Source of the DNA: Eledone cirrhosa
Lineage: Eukaryota
Length of the DNA: 64,000 nt
Direction of reading: 5' to 3'
Assembly (NCBI GenBank): GCA_964016885.1
Contig: OZ024746.1
Span: 28,644,001-28,708,000, forward strand
Of the stretch, positions 11,683 to 23,728 are shown piece by piece. Within the stretch, counting starts at the first letter, position 1. Each line of letters opens with the position of its first letter. The notes under the pieces were generated by a model. The model worked only from the letters and a program-made list of their open reading frames with translations, had not been told where the DNA came from and searched no databases. The translations under genes were made by a program, and so were the position numbers.

Positions 11683-14600
11683 TTACAGATATATACTCAG
11701 AGTCGGCCCATTCACTCGGGCCATTCTTGCTTCTCTCACCCATCTTTCAACAAAATGCTGGGAAGAGAGCACTTCCCTCTCTACTCTGATTTTCCTTTTC
11801 AAATGAAATTTGAAAAAGTCAATCAGAGCATCACCGAAGAGGTAAGTGCTCGTCTTCAGCCCTTTCAAACGTGTCCACCATACTATCTCTTTCGCCATGG
11901 CCACCAGACAGATAAAAACTGCCTGCCCTTCCCGGCTAAAGGAGGAGGGCGGGGCAATCCTCACGATGGACTCAGATGATAGCTGGATCCGTCCTAAACG
12001 CGACAGCAGGTGTTCGACATAAACCCACAAGTCAGCAATTTTCGGACACTGGACGAGTGCGTGCAGGACGGTTTCGTCGCCCTGCGCGCATCTCGGACAT
12101 GCCCGGCTGACGGCACCTCCATGCCTGTAGAGTTTATCCCGAACTGGCAAGGCTCCTCGGTAGCACTGCCAGGCCAGAGATTTCTGGAAGTTGTCCATAG
12201 GCCCTGGCCCGAAAGTTCTTCCGAAGAGATTGGCTAGTTGATTTTCGTCGACGCCTAGAGTTTCCCCAAGTACGTCGTCGCTCTTCCCCTCCACTAATCC
12301 TCTATAGAACGCCGAGGTGGAGTTTCCACCGATCACATTGCCCGATTGGTCGAGGGCTGTGAGCGCCTGAAGACATTCCAGTCTCCAGGCGCTCCCTCTC
12401 GGTCTTCGCTTGACCCAGGACTGCAGCTCCGTCAAGGAAACGAGCTGGGGAAAAACGCGTCTAGCAAACGGCGACCACACCTGATCACCGTCGAGGAAGA
12501 GGTGGAGATGTCGTAGCCTGAGCGCGTGCCTGCGCATCATCAGCCACGGCATGCCCAGCCCTCCACGTAGCGGGTGTTGACAACAGATGGACCGCCTGAC
12601 CATCGGAGCACGTCCCTTCCACAAAAAGCGAAAGAGCAAACGCTCTAGCGCAGTCAGGCGAGGCTTAGGACAAGGTACGACGGTTAGGCGGTAGCAGATG
12701 ACAGACGCGATGTACGCGTTAGCCACCTCCGCTCGACCTTTCAGGGATAGCTTCCTCTCCGCCCATTTCTGGGTGAGAGAAGCCACCCTGCTCGTCACCT
12801 CGTCCCAGTTTTTGTCCGTCTGGAGGTCCGGACCGAACCAGACCCCTAGCAATTTAACCGGTCCGTCCGTCCAGCGCCCGACGACGCTGTTGGACGGCAT
12901 GGACCTGCCTCTCCAGGTGCCGAGCTGCAGGCCCACTGACTTTTCCTGGTTGATCATTGCTCCTGTCACCGCTTCGTATTCTCTTAGTGTAGTGCCGATC
13001 GCCTCGATGTGTTTGGCGTTCGACACCACTACGGTGACATCGTCCGCATATGCTGACACGGATCTTCCGCATCCTAGTTCGCGCGGGACTCCCCTCAACG
13101 TCTCCAGTTTGTGCAGTAATGGCTCGAGAGTCAATACGTACAAGAGGGACGAGAGGGGACATCCTTGGCGGACCGAGCGCATGATGTTGAACGGTTCCGA
13201 CAGGTGACCGTTCACTCTCACCACAGAGCAGATGTCGCTGTGCATGGCAGCGATCCAGCCTCTGAAGACGGGCCCAAAGCCAGCCGCCCTCAGGACTGCC
13301 GCTAGGTAACGATGGTCGACCCTATCGAAAGCTTTCGACTGATCTAAATTGATCAAGGACCCACCCGTGCCAGGTTCCCTAGCTACCCTCTCTACGATGT
13401 ATCGCATGAGGTGGAGGTTGTCGTGGATGGATCTGTCGGGAATGGCGCATGTCTGCGCCTCTCCCACCAGACCACCAACGACAAGCGCCAACCTCTTTGC
13501 TAGCACCTTGGCCAAAATCTTAAACTCTGTGTTTAGCAGAGTTATGGGCCGGAAATTGTCTATGTTATCCCCCTTGTTCGGATCCTTTCTCAGCAGTGCC
13601 ACCGCTCCTCGGCTCACAGAACTGGGAATTCTCCCGTTCTGTTGCCAGTTGCAGTAGACGTCCGCCAAGAGGCCTCCGAACAAGTCTGGCATCTGTACGT
13701 AAAGTTCATAGGGCAGACCATCCAAACCAGGCGATTTACCCCTTGTGCAGCCAGTCATTGCCTCCCTTACTTCAGCGGCTGTTATCGGCTTTTCGCAACA
13801 CTTCGCCTCAGTGGCCGAGAGCCGCGGCAGTCCGTCGAGGTAGACACTAAAGTCCATCCCTCTACCCGGCCCCCCGCTGCCCCCGAACAGCTGAGCGAAG
13901 TGTCGCTGAAAAGCTTCACACATTTGCCCGGGATCGAGTAGCATGCGCCCGTCGTGGTCCACCAAAGACCGGATCGTGGCTTTGTTGCCACGACGCGCCT
14001 CCGCCACTCGGGCCCATTGAACGGCTTTCGTCCCCTCGTGTCTGAGAGCACGCACCCTAGCTCTGACAACGCAGCCTTCGTGCTTTGCATTGAAGAATTG
14101 GTCAAGGGCCAATTTCGCCGCAAGCACGTCGGTCGCAATGCCTTTGCTAAGCGCCTCGTCTAATTTTCTAACTAGTTCTCCCTCTGCTCTATTTTTCTCT
14201 ATTGCTAAAGCCTTACTAAACCTAATCGATTCTATTCTAATCGCTCTTTTCAGAGCAAACCACCACTTGTTGTTGACGATGGCCCCCGTCAACGCCCGCT
14301 TAACTAGTTCGCTAATCCGGTCTCTGTAGGCCTTGCGCGCTGGTAAGGACGCGTTTAGCTTCCAGTAGCCGGGTCCTCGTCTATGAAGCCTATCTAAGTC
14401 AAGCACACAGATCACGAATTTGTGGTCCGTGTAGCTGACTATCTTGAATTGTGGACAGCCTATGCTAGACCTATCTATTTCCCTACAAAATACTCTATCT
14501 AGATATGATCTGGATGACCCTATGCGGTTTGTCCAAGTCCACATTGGCACATTCGGGAAATCCAATCGGTACCTGTCAGACAGTTCAAAACGCCTGAGCA

Positions 14601-15102
14601 GGTTGGTGAGGCTCTTGCACCCTCCACCCCTATCCGCTAATCCCACACAGTCCCAGCGTGCATCTAAGATCCCGTTCCAGTCGCCCACTAACACTAAAGA
14701 GCGCGACGTTCCAAGAAAGGTCTCCAGACGCCGGAAGAAATCAGGCCGCCCTGCTCCTGTCGGGGCATAGACGGCCACTAGCCTGAAAGCTTGCCCGTCT
14801 CCGCTGGTCACGTCCAGCACCACCAGCTTACCCTCTGGGTCCAGGAAGATGGCCCGTATGGCGAGATCCAAACCTCTCCGAAAAAGCACAGCAACTCCTC
14901 CACCCGATCCAGGACGGCTGGGAGATGCGTACACATCGTAGCCGCCGAAGATCGGTGCGAAGGCCCGTGCTTCGGAGATTCTGGTCTCGCTGATGGCCAC
15001 TACATCTATGTTTAGTGACCTGAGGTCGTTGAGCAGGTGACCCTGCTTCCATGACGACCCCAAGCCACGCGCATTTATGCTGCCTATTCTGAGTGAGGTC
15101 AT
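11683..15102 (-). CDS. ORF2: APE endonuclease, reverse transcriptase and C-terminal zinc-binding domain (1139 aa)
   Basis: SINARGL, SET, VYAP, GDWN, YLDR, TDH (endonuclease); GYWKLN; KSPGLDGLP, FRPITLLN, DQSKAFDRV, VRQGCPLS, YADD (RT); CPRC...ETVLHALVQC. Confidence 0.96.
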   Translation of the reverse strand: MTSLRIGSINARGLGSSWKQGHLLNDLRSLNIDVVAISETRISEARAFAPIFGGYDVYASPSRPGSGGGVAVLFRRGLDLAIRAIFLDPEGKLVVLDVTSGDGQAFRLVAVYAPTGAGRPDFFRRLETFLGTSRSLVLVGDWNGILDARWDCVGLADRGGGCKSLTNLLRRFELSDRYRLDFPNVPMWTWTNRIGSSRSYLDRVFCREIDRSSIGCPQFKIVSYTDHKFVICVLDLDRLHRRGPGYWKLNASLPARKAYRDRISELVKRALTGAIVNNKWWFALKRAIRIESIRFSKALAIEKNRAEGELVRKLDEALSKGIATDVLAAKLALDQFFNAKHEGCVVRARVRALRHEGTKAVQWARVAEARRGNKATIRSLVDHDGRMLLDPGQMCEAFQRHFAQLFGGSGGPGRGMDFSVYLDGLPRLSATEAKCCEKPITAAEVREAMTGCTRGKSPGLDGLPYELYVQMPDLFGGLLADVYCNWQQNGRIPSSVSRGAVALLRKDPNKGDNIDNFRPITLLNTEFKILAKVLAKRLALVVGGLVGEAQTCAIPDRSIHDNLHLMRYIVERVAREPGTGGSLINLDQSKAFDRVDHRYLAAVLRAAGFGPVFRGWIAAMHSDICSVVRVNGHLSEPFNIMRSVRQGCPLSSLLYVLTLEPLLHKLETLRGVPRELGCGRSVSAYADDVTVVVSNAKHIEAIGTTLREYEAVTGAMINQEKSVGLQLGTWRGRSMPSNSVVGRWTDGPVKLLGVWFGPDLQTDKNWDEVTSRVASLTQKWAERKLSLKGRAEVANAYIASVICYRLTVVPCPKPRLTALERLLFRFLWKGRAPMVRRSICCQHPLRGGLGMPWLMMRRHALRLRHLHLFLDGDQVWSPFARRVFPQLVSLTELQSWVKRRPRGSAWRLECLQALTALDQSGNVIGGNSTSAFYRGLVEGKSDDVLGETLGVDENQLANLFGRTFGPGPMDNFQKSLAWQCYRGALPVRDKLYRHGGAVSRACPRCAQGDETVLHALVQCPKIADLWVYVEHLLSRLGRIQLSSESIVRIAPPSSFSREGQAVFICLVAMAKEIVWWTRLKGLKTSTYLFGDALIDFFKFHLKRKIRVEREVLSSQHFVERWVREARMARVNGPTLSIYL

Positions 15103-15137
15103 GTTTAAAATAGAGTGGAAAAGATGGGAAAGACCAC

Positions 15138-17234
15138 TTACCGTACTTTTGGTAGAGGAGGGATGGTTTTTACATCCCTTTTCACTTGATCGTCTGGTGA
15201 AGGGACCGTTGAATCGTCCCTTCGGCTGGTCGTCGGCTCTTCTAAGAGAATGTCTGAATATACTCTTCGATTGATGGTTCCTCCTAGGTCCCTGAAATCA
15301 CCAACTGCGTTGGGGAATTTCGTTTTAATGTTTGTGTATTGTTTCTGTGCTATTTTTAGCAGTCTTATGTTAGTTGGCGTTTTGATTGGTGCTGGTATTA
15401 TGTAGTCCTGTTGTGAAATGTCTGTGTGTTCAATTATGTAAGTCATTAGTTTCTTGTTGTGTGTGTTTATTGCCGTGCATTTGTTTTTCTGGGGGTGGGG
15501 TGTGGTTCTGCTATTTTCTTGTCGTTGTTGCTGGGTGTGTGTGTTTTGTTGTTGTGTTTGCGATGTTGGTGCTTGTGGTGGTGGTGTTGAAGGTGTTGTT
15601 GGCGGTGGGGTTGTCGCCGGTGGTGATGGTGGTGCTGGTGTGGGTGGTGATGGTGTTGGTGGTGTTGCTGCTGTGGGTCTCTTTGCAGTAGACTTTACCC
15701 TTTTCTCATTTCTTTCCTCCCTTTTCAAAGGCGACGATGCGCTGCTTCTGCGTTTGTGCCTTCTTGCGACCTTTTGCCATCCCTCTCCCACCTCACACTC
15801 CATGTCTGATTCTGTAAGGTCGGGGAGGGGTACCAGCTCCACTCTTTCACTTGTTGTTGTTGGTGATGTTTGCACTGGAGTCTCTGTTGCAGCTGCATTT
15901 GGTATTGCTGTTGTTGTTGTTAATATTTCCACTGCTGCTGCTGTCTTTGATTTCCGTGGAGTGGGTATGGGTGCCACGGACCTATCGTTCCTGGTTGCCG
16001 CTTGTCCTGTTGCTGGTAGCCGTGGAGCCGGATTCGGAAGGAGGGGGGTTTTCTCCTTTCTCAGGGTCTTCTCGTTGCAGAAGGCCCTGAGGTGAGTCTT
16101 CGATCCACAGCGAAAGCATTTCGGGCGTTTGCCCTCAACACTTATGGGCAGTTGAGTGCCGTTATCGAAGTCTATCACATCCGGGATAGCTTCGATGCAC
16201 TCCTGGTTGGTTTGGATTAGCATCTCAATGGAGGAGCCGACCCAATCTTCTCTTACTTTTTTCTGTACTTGCAGTACAGTTGTTTTGTCCTCGATTCCGA
16301 CGAGGACAGACGCGGCCAGCCAAGAAGGGGTCATTCCGGGGGGGACGTGGGTCAGTTTGACCCTCACAATTTTTTGCCCGCAGTAGGAGGGCACCAACAC
16401 CATTTCCTCGCTCCTTAGGGTCATTACTGATTGGGCCTTTGCCTCCTGGGGTGTGGCAAAAAGTACGTCTACGGTGGCGTATTTTTTGCCTCGGGTGATG
16501 TGCGTTTTCCTCTGCCACACAGACCCCAAGGCTTTTTGTATTTGGGCCTCTGTGGCTCTTTCCACCCTACGGGATTTTGTACTTACTGTACGGTACGTGA
16601 CCGTACAGTGCTCTTGGGTTTCGAAAAAACTTTTCGCTGCCTTGCAGATTGCTCGGTGTCCGTTCTTTGTCACCATCTTCTTCGCTTCCTCTAATTCCTC
16701 ATTTGTTATGAGGATTGTTTCCAAATTTTTCGCAATACCTGCAAATGAGATTGGTTTTTCTCTGCTGTTGTTGTTGTCGTCAGAGCTGCTGGTACTTTTG
16801 TTGTTGCTGCAGGTACTACGACTACTGCCTCCGCCGCTGTTGCTGTGGTTGTTGTTGGTGTTGCTGCTGCTAATGCTGTTGTTGTTTATGCTGCTGGTGA
16901 TGCTGTTGCGGCTGCTACTGTTGTTTTCATTGTCACTGTTGCTGTTGTTATTACGGCTGCTACTGCTATTATTCCTGACGTCAGACGAATGAACTGGGTT
17001 TTCGTGTTTCCCGCACACCTGTTTCGTCGCTGTCGTCGTCGTCGTGGAGAAACCTTGCACGCTTTGCACGAGACTTTTCTTTTCTTTCGTCGCTTGCGAA
17101 AGAGAAGGGATGGAGAGAGACACATTTAAAGAAGGGAGGGAGAGAGACAATCTTCTCTCTGCTGTAGTGATGATTGAGGAAGAAGAAGACGGAATGAGTG
17201 GGAGTGACATATGAAATTTCTTTTTTGTAGCCAT
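15138..17234 (-). CDS. ORF1: gag-like nucleic-acid-binding protein with CCHC zinc knuckle (698 aa)
   Basis: CFRCGSKTHLRAFC (CX2CX4HX4C), SFA and GWQKVARR motifs, N/S-rich and P/T-rich disordered blocks; ends 35 nt upstream of ORF2. Confidence 0.88.
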   Translation of the reverse strand: MATKKKFHMSLPLIPSSSSSIITTAERRLSLSLPSLNVSLSIPSLSQATKEKKSLVQSVQGFSTTTTTATKQVCGKHENPVHSSDVRNNSSSSRNNNSNSDNENNSSSRNSITSSINNNSISSSNTNNNHSNSGGGSSRSTCSNNKSTSSSDDNNNSREKPISFAGIAKNLETILITNEELEEAKKMVTKNGHRAICKAAKSFFETQEHCTVTYRTVSTKSRRVERATEAQIQKALGSVWQRKTHITRGKKYATVDVLFATPQEAKAQSVMTLRSEEMVLVPSYCGQKIVRVKLTHVPPGMTPSWLAASVLVGIEDKTTVLQVQKKVREDWVGSSIEMLIQTNQECIEAIPDVIDFDNGTQLPISVEGKRPKCFRCGSKTHLRAFCNEKTLRKEKTPLLPNPAPRLPATGQAATRNDRSVAPIPTPRKSKTAAAVEILTTTTAIPNAAATETPVQTSPTTTSERVELVPLPDLTESDMECEVGEGWQKVARRHKRRSSASSPLKREERNEKRVKSTAKRPTAATPPTPSPPTPAPPSPPATTPPPTTPSTPPPQAPTSQTQQQNTHTQQQRQENSRTTPHPQKNKCTAINTHNKKLMTYIIEHTDISQQDYIIPAPIKTPTNIRLLKIAQKQYTNIKTKFPNAVGDFRDLGGTINRRVYSDILLEEPTTSRRDDSTVPSPDDQVKRDVKTIPPLPKVR

Positions 17235-18461
17235 GTTGTTTTTTGTTTAAAATGAAATTTTGGGTACAAAACCCCAATAACTGGTTATTTAACCCCGAAG
17301 GGCCAAATAACGGACAGAAAGACCCCTCTCACGAGGAGGAGGGTGTCTTTATCAACAATTTGGTTCAAGTTTTAAACAATTTACAATTGTTTTAACGGTT
17401 AAAAATTACTATACCTTACAGAGCCGAGCCTCCGTCAACCATGGCATTCAATAATAATAATAATAATAACAATAATAATAATAAAAAATGAAAAAATAAT
17501 TGCTTTCAGCATTTCGTGATATATTATGGCTTCAGTTAATCTTTTTGGTAGCAGTCTCCAGTCGAGCTATTGATCAGCAATAAAACGTTTAAGCAAGATT
17601 TTAAAATCTTGCAGGAAACTTAATATTTGAGTTGTGTGGGAAATTGCGGTTTCTCTTGTAAAGTAAAAACATAATTTTGTTGTTGTACATAACTCACTGG
17701 TTAAGTCGTTCTTATAAATATATAATATGGTCTATATGAAGAGTGGTGTACTCATGCGCAGATATTCTATAAAATATCTTATGAAATAGGATGAAGGCCC
17801 TTAAAGACGGGGAAAAAGATGGCGATCAGCTGCGACAAGGAATCGAGTAACGTATCTATTAGACACAAGCTATGCGTCGTTTTTGAAGCAGGTAGAGAAG
17901 TTCAAGTATCTCGGAGACGTATTTCACGAGCGATGGAAGACAGGGGGCTGAATTAAGTACAAGAATTGCTGGAGCTGGTGTAGCAATGCGCCAGCTTCGG
18001 TAATTCGGTAATCAGAAGAAGGGAGGTAGGTGTAAGCCTCGATAAAGATCCTTCTTGTTTCATAGTAAGCACTAGTTCATGCGATGATCATCAGTATGAT
18101 TAGAAGTAAATACCAGTGACGTCGCAGATGATGGAATATCAAAGCAACAATGGGTTGGCACAACTGACCTGATTAACGGAAAAATCTATGAGTATACAAA
18201 TGTTTTTAATATGACATGCTTGAAAGAAAAGATGTTCCCTACATATACAAACTCACACACTATACCCTCATGCATACAAACACATATGTATATATACATG
18301 CTTTGTAATATTGATCGCGAGAATAAGTACCCAATACTATAGAAGAGGTTACTATAATTTTATTAAGGCCAAGTTTGTATATTTTCTGTATGACAACCCT
18401 GAGTGTACACGGGAGAAAAACCACAGTAATTAGCCAGACGCAGATAAACATTAGACTTACT

Positions 18462-18505
<44 letters not shown>

Positions 18506-18684
18506 CTGATGAATAAATATATACGTGTGTGTATTTCTTTATATTTGTCTATTTGCAAGGGTGTGTGTGTAATGTGTGTATATGAAAGAGATTTTATTGG
18601 TAATATAAAGTGCATAAGCTGGTCAATTATTCATAGTAATGAGATTATCTAAAGAAACCAAAGGAAACAATGCATTAATGTATA

Positions 18685-18759
<75 letters not shown>

Positions 18760-19228
18760 GTATATATATGTGTGCGTATATATATATCTATATATACACA
18801 CACATACACACACACACATATATATATATATATTTATATATGTGTATATATACATGTGTGTATTCAAAGACTCTACAGCAACTCCATTTCCATAATTACT
18901 CACATTCCCCCACCCAATTAATCGATTCCGTATTATGAATAAAGCAATAAAGGAGATATTATTCGATAATCACACGGTACGTTCCTACATCAAAACTTCG
19001 CTTCACTTCATAGAACACCTCTATCTTATCCTATGATCACAATGTTTCGATAACACATTAGATATTAGTACTTCATCAGGCGAGTTATTCCAGTACAAAG
19101 GCCGATTATCTCTCTACATAAATGACGTGTATGAGAATAACTTCTCTATATTGCGGTAGCCATTGATGAAGTTTACTGATACTAACTTCTTCCTGTTATA
19201 ATATTCCGTTTGATATGGAAAGATACAG

Positions 19229-19278
<50 letters not shown>

Positions 19279-19434
19279 ACATACAAGCACACAAACACAC
19301 ACACCACAAACACACACACAAACACACACACCACAAACACATGTATATACACGTACATACATACATGCACACTCTCACGTACGCATGTATATGCTCATAC
19401 ACACACACACACACACTCACACATATATACACAC

Positions 19435-19483
<49 letters not shown>

Positions 19484-19608
19484 GCATATGTATATATATA
19501 TATATATATATATGCACCTGTACGCGTGGACATGCTTATATCTATGTTCGTGTGTTCACATTTATTTCACTCAAGTATCGTATGTATCTGATAGCATGTC
19601 TATATATG

Positions 19609-19652
<44 letters not shown>

Positions 19653-19671
19653 CGTGTGTGTGTGGGGGGGG

Positions 19672-19738
<67 letters not shown>

Positions 19739-20078
19739 TGTGTGTGTGTATATGTATATATATATAAATATATTATATACATGTACATAGATGCATATAT
19801 ATATGTAATGTATATAAAGTATATCTATACATGACACATACACACACTTACATACATATATGATAGATTCAAACATCCTTATTTCTGAGTCATGTTGTTC
19901 AGATCCTTAAACCTTAAACGAAGATCATGTCTGATAATTGATTATTCACCCGACATGTTTTCATATAGTTCGGTTGAATATCTTCTTCGAAAAGAGAATT
20001 GACATCGCCTTCCTTTTGAAGTTGCGATTTTATTTGAACATATATATGATGTATTGAAGAAAGTTAATAAGTCATTAG

Positions 20079-20466
20079 AGTCGGAGAGAAACATCACGAT
20101 GTTTCAATATACATACGGTGTCGATAGTTTGTTATATCGACGAATGATAAGTCGGTAAAGACTGAGAAACATCACGATGTGTCCATAGCTTGTTATATCG
20201 ACGAAAGATAATATGTTGGAGAGACGGAGAGAAACATCACGAAAGCTTCATATATATATATCGTGTTGATAGCTTATTATTTCGACGATAGATAATAAAG
20301 TTGGTAAAGATAGAGAGAAACATCCCGAAAGCTCCATACACTTATCGTGTCGATAGTTTAATATATAGATGAAGGATAAGCTAGTAGAGGCAAAGGGAAG
20401 CATCAATAAAGCCCCATACAAATACGGTGTCAATAGCTTGTCATATCGACGATGGATAATAAGTTG
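20079..20466. repeat. Degenerate tandem repeat, about 5 units of 65-90 bp
   Basis: Recurring GAGAAACATCACGA...GTCGATAG(N)TATCGACGA..GATAA. Confidence 0.8.
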
Positions 20467-21714
20467 TCCGTACTCCTACTGCGTTCATATCCGAATCATT
20501 TAAATTGAGTTTTCTTTGTACACATTTTCTTTGTATGTTTCCTGTTTAATGTAAACTCACCATGAGTTTCTTTAGCCCTGTCCATTCTGAGAGCTGGAGC
20601 ATCATTGCTGAATGGTTAAGAAGTCGGTCAATATGATAGAAGGGAAAAATTGAACCTAAGCGAGATCTGAACTCAAATTACAGAGATCCAGATCAAATAC
20701 CAAACATCCAAGGCTCTGACGACTTTACAAACCAAACACCTTATATCCAAGCATTATAAATCTCTTCCTGTACATTTTACCGGACATTGGTGTATGTATC
20801 GAATAGCGAGATAAATACATCTCGGTGCTACTAAAATTGCTCAATTTGATGCAAACCTCTCTTTCCCATGTTAATGTGTTATGATATATGGCTAAATTAA
20901 ACATGTAGTTAGTTGAATTATATAAGTAACGTAACCTTTTGTATTAAACACTAATAAAGCGTATATATTCTGTAATTCTGAAGTAGTAGCCACAGCCATA
21001 ACAACTGAAATGTAAGCTTCATCGCTCAACTCATTTATACATCAAAATGCTATGAATACAGAAACTATGAATGGTTTACGAAGGGACTTCCATCAAAGTG
21101 TGTTACTTTAAACATCAAGCATTGCTTCTTTGAAGTGAGTAAACTCGTTAACTGTTGATGGAAAGTTCTGAGTACAAAAGGCCAACCATGCATTCACGAT
21201 TACAAAAGAACACTCATGCATCTGTGAGTCAAACTGAAAATCTATTTATCACTTATTACACACACACACTCACACACACACACATAATCACATTACACAC
21301 TCACACACAATCACATAAACATTCACACACGCACAACCACACGCCAAAGGTGACCATGTGGTTAAATTGTTCGCTTTGCAACTAAATAGCTGTGGGTACG
21401 ATCTTTGACATAACCCAGTCAAGGAAAATTTTGTGAATGTAAAATATGTAGAAATTCGCCCAAGTTATTATTTCTAGTCTTGAGCAATACACTTAATCCC
21501 TCACCCGGTTTAATACTGCCTCTCACCCCGATATTTTTGTGCCCTTGATAAAGTCATCAAGCACTCGAACTACGTATTTTATCTCTTAAGGTAACATACT
21601 CGTTCACCAAACTTATTGAAATACTGTGAAGACATAAATAGTGAAACAAAATCTATATCGAAATATGTAGTTAATTCTAAAATCTGTTATCTTACTCTTT
21701 GAGAACTTATTTAA

Positions 21715-22006
21715 CACTTTCGTTACAATATTTCTAATGAGTGACACTTAACACTTAGCACTTTCATTACCATATTTCTAATGAAGCATGTGTTTTGGTA
21801 TCAGTTTTAAAATAATCAAGATTTTGGTGGAATTTAGTATTATAACCAACTTTCTTGTTATTAGGTTAGTGATAAGAACATAATTTAACAAAGATTCTTA
21901 CAAAAAATTATGATGGAGTATTTTTAGATAAATACAAACACTTTAAAATAAACAGTTTTGTATCATAGAGCTAGTTGTGGTTTCAGACGGTTTGTTATCA
22001 AAAGTT
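21715..22006. mobile_element. piggyBac-like MITE (degenerate)
   Basis: TTAA at both flanks, imperfect TIRs, internal similarity to 36460-36676. Confidence 0.5.
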
Positions 22007-22415
22007 TTAAATGAATTTATTGACGAAAGTATATGTAAAGCAACTACAACTTGATATAAAATGCTGTGCTATTAATATACGTCTATACTTTCATTCGATT
22101 AAATTTCATAAGAATCAATCTACATTATGAATCGATTCATCATTTATTCTTGTATAACTCTATGTCCGAATCTTGTTTGATTAAAAGAAAAATGGAATAA
22201 CCTTTACTGGGCTCTAAATTACAAATTAATCATTTGTTGTCAATAGTTGCTTGATTTATTTCCTATCACAAACTATTTACTCTCTTATCTAGCCTATACA
22301 TCTAACTATATATGTATGTAAGTATATATGTATGAATGTATGTATGTGGCTGTGTCTTTGCCTGTGTGTATGTGCATGAGTTTATATATATATTAATAAA
22401 TCGTCCTTGTATTAT

Positions 22416-22506
<91 letters not shown>

Positions 22507-22874
22507 CATATGTCATTATTCAGCCAAAATCATTTTGTTTTTATCTCTATAAGAATACATCAAAGGAAAATCTGACACAAAAGACCCAGTAAACTGATTC
22601 TGTCGACTTCAGTGTTAAAGTAAGATAAGAAATATTTGGCTCTTCGTTGCCTCTTATGAATTCTTTTATGAACAACATATATATTATATATTAATATGTC
22701 TCGCTCTTTCTCTATCTCTCACTCTCTCAATCTCTTTCTATGTCTCAATTCCTCTCTTTCATTCTCTCTTTCTCTGCCGTACCTCACATCTCGGACGCTC
22801 TCATTCTGATGATGGATTAACGTCCGATAGGATAATGACGATTCATGTTCCATTTCATTGAATCATTAACTTAA

Positions 22875-23089
22875 CTCTTTAGCATTTAAACCGGCCATAT
22901 CCGGTCAGAATTCTTTCTCCTCTTTCTGTTCAAACTGGCCATAACTGGCCGCCCATACTGACATTAAGGTATTGTTCTTAAAATAAATAATATCAAAATC
23001 TCATACATTCCATATTATGTGAGGTAACTGGATAAGATAAAGTCTTTACCACGAAAACACAGTATAGAGTAATGTAAAATGGTAAAGGG
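22875..23089. mobile_element. piggyBac-like MITE
   Basis: TTAA|CTCTTTAGCATTT ... AAATGGTAAAGGG|TTAA. Confidence 0.65.
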
Positions 23090-23153
23090 TTAAGAACACT
23101 TTTTTGTAAATTGCCCTCCGTGTTTGATATTGCAGTTTTCATTATCAACATCG

Positions 23154-23191
<38 letters not shown>

Positions 23192-23194
<3 letters not shown>

Positions 23195-23473
23195 CATGAC
23201 CGTAGTTAAAAAGAAGGTATTCAATGCGTTAAATGAGTAAAGGCACATTTATTTCATACGTATGACTTTCTTGTGATATATATTATAGAAATGAATTCTA
23301 CAGGGCTAGTAGTGTTTCGTGCATATGGACACGTCAAGAAAGTCATACGTATGAAATAAATGTGTCTCTACTCATTTAACGCATTGAATACCTTCTTTTT
23401 AACCACTCTCAAGAGCGTGAAACTAATAAACCTTTGTTCGTACTGCCTCTCTGTTTTGTTCCCGTTCCATTTT

Positions 23474-23479
<6 letters not shown>
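23192..23479. mobile_element. TA-flanked fold-back PLE fragment with truncated hammerhead
   Basis: About 68-bp inverted arms (about 23204-23271 and 23335-23403); spacer reads on the minus strand TGA-cgtgtccatatgcac-GAAA-cactactagccctg-TA-gaattc; one-sided tail. Confidence 0.75.
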
Positions 23480-23555
<76 letters not shown>

Positions 23556-23692
23556 TACCAGTTTACGTGTGTTGTATTGCAGTGAACAACTATGTGTATA
23601 CTCTGGGAGTGTATTTTACATTACCTATGGAGTACGCTGAGATGCAACCGGTTCTACTAGCTTTGATACATATGCTGGGTCCGTCAACTTCG

Positions 23693-23728
<36 letters not shown>

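Larger units (their letters stand above)
11421..17448 (-). mobile_element. Apparently full-length Tx1-clade (L1 group) LINE inserted in (AAT)n
   Basis: Two uninterrupted ORFs, about 215-nt 5' UTR, about 260-nt 3' UTR with AATAAA just before the end; (AAT)n on both flanks (11371-11420, 17449-17483). Confidence 0.93.

Noticed and set aside
11632-17129. Plus-strand ORFs overlapping the Tx1 element
   Set aside because: Antisense shadows of GC-rich coding or triplet-repeat sequence
17311-17360. HDV-like ribozyme in the Tx1 5' UTR (CTCCTCG resembles the L3 loop)
   Set aside because: No P1/P2 nested pseudoknot could be built; a simple hairpin explains it
19035-19090. Minus-strand CTGATGA...GAAAcattg motif
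   Set aside because: No stem I pairing and no UH site
20079-20466. CRISPR-like repeat/spacer appearance
   Set aside because: Repeats are degenerate, the intervening parts are homologous to each other, there are no cas genes, and the context is eukaryotic
22801-22838. tcatt-CTGATGA-tgga..tcc-GATA-gga-TA-atga hammerhead-like motif
   Set aside because: GAAA core mutated; at best a relic
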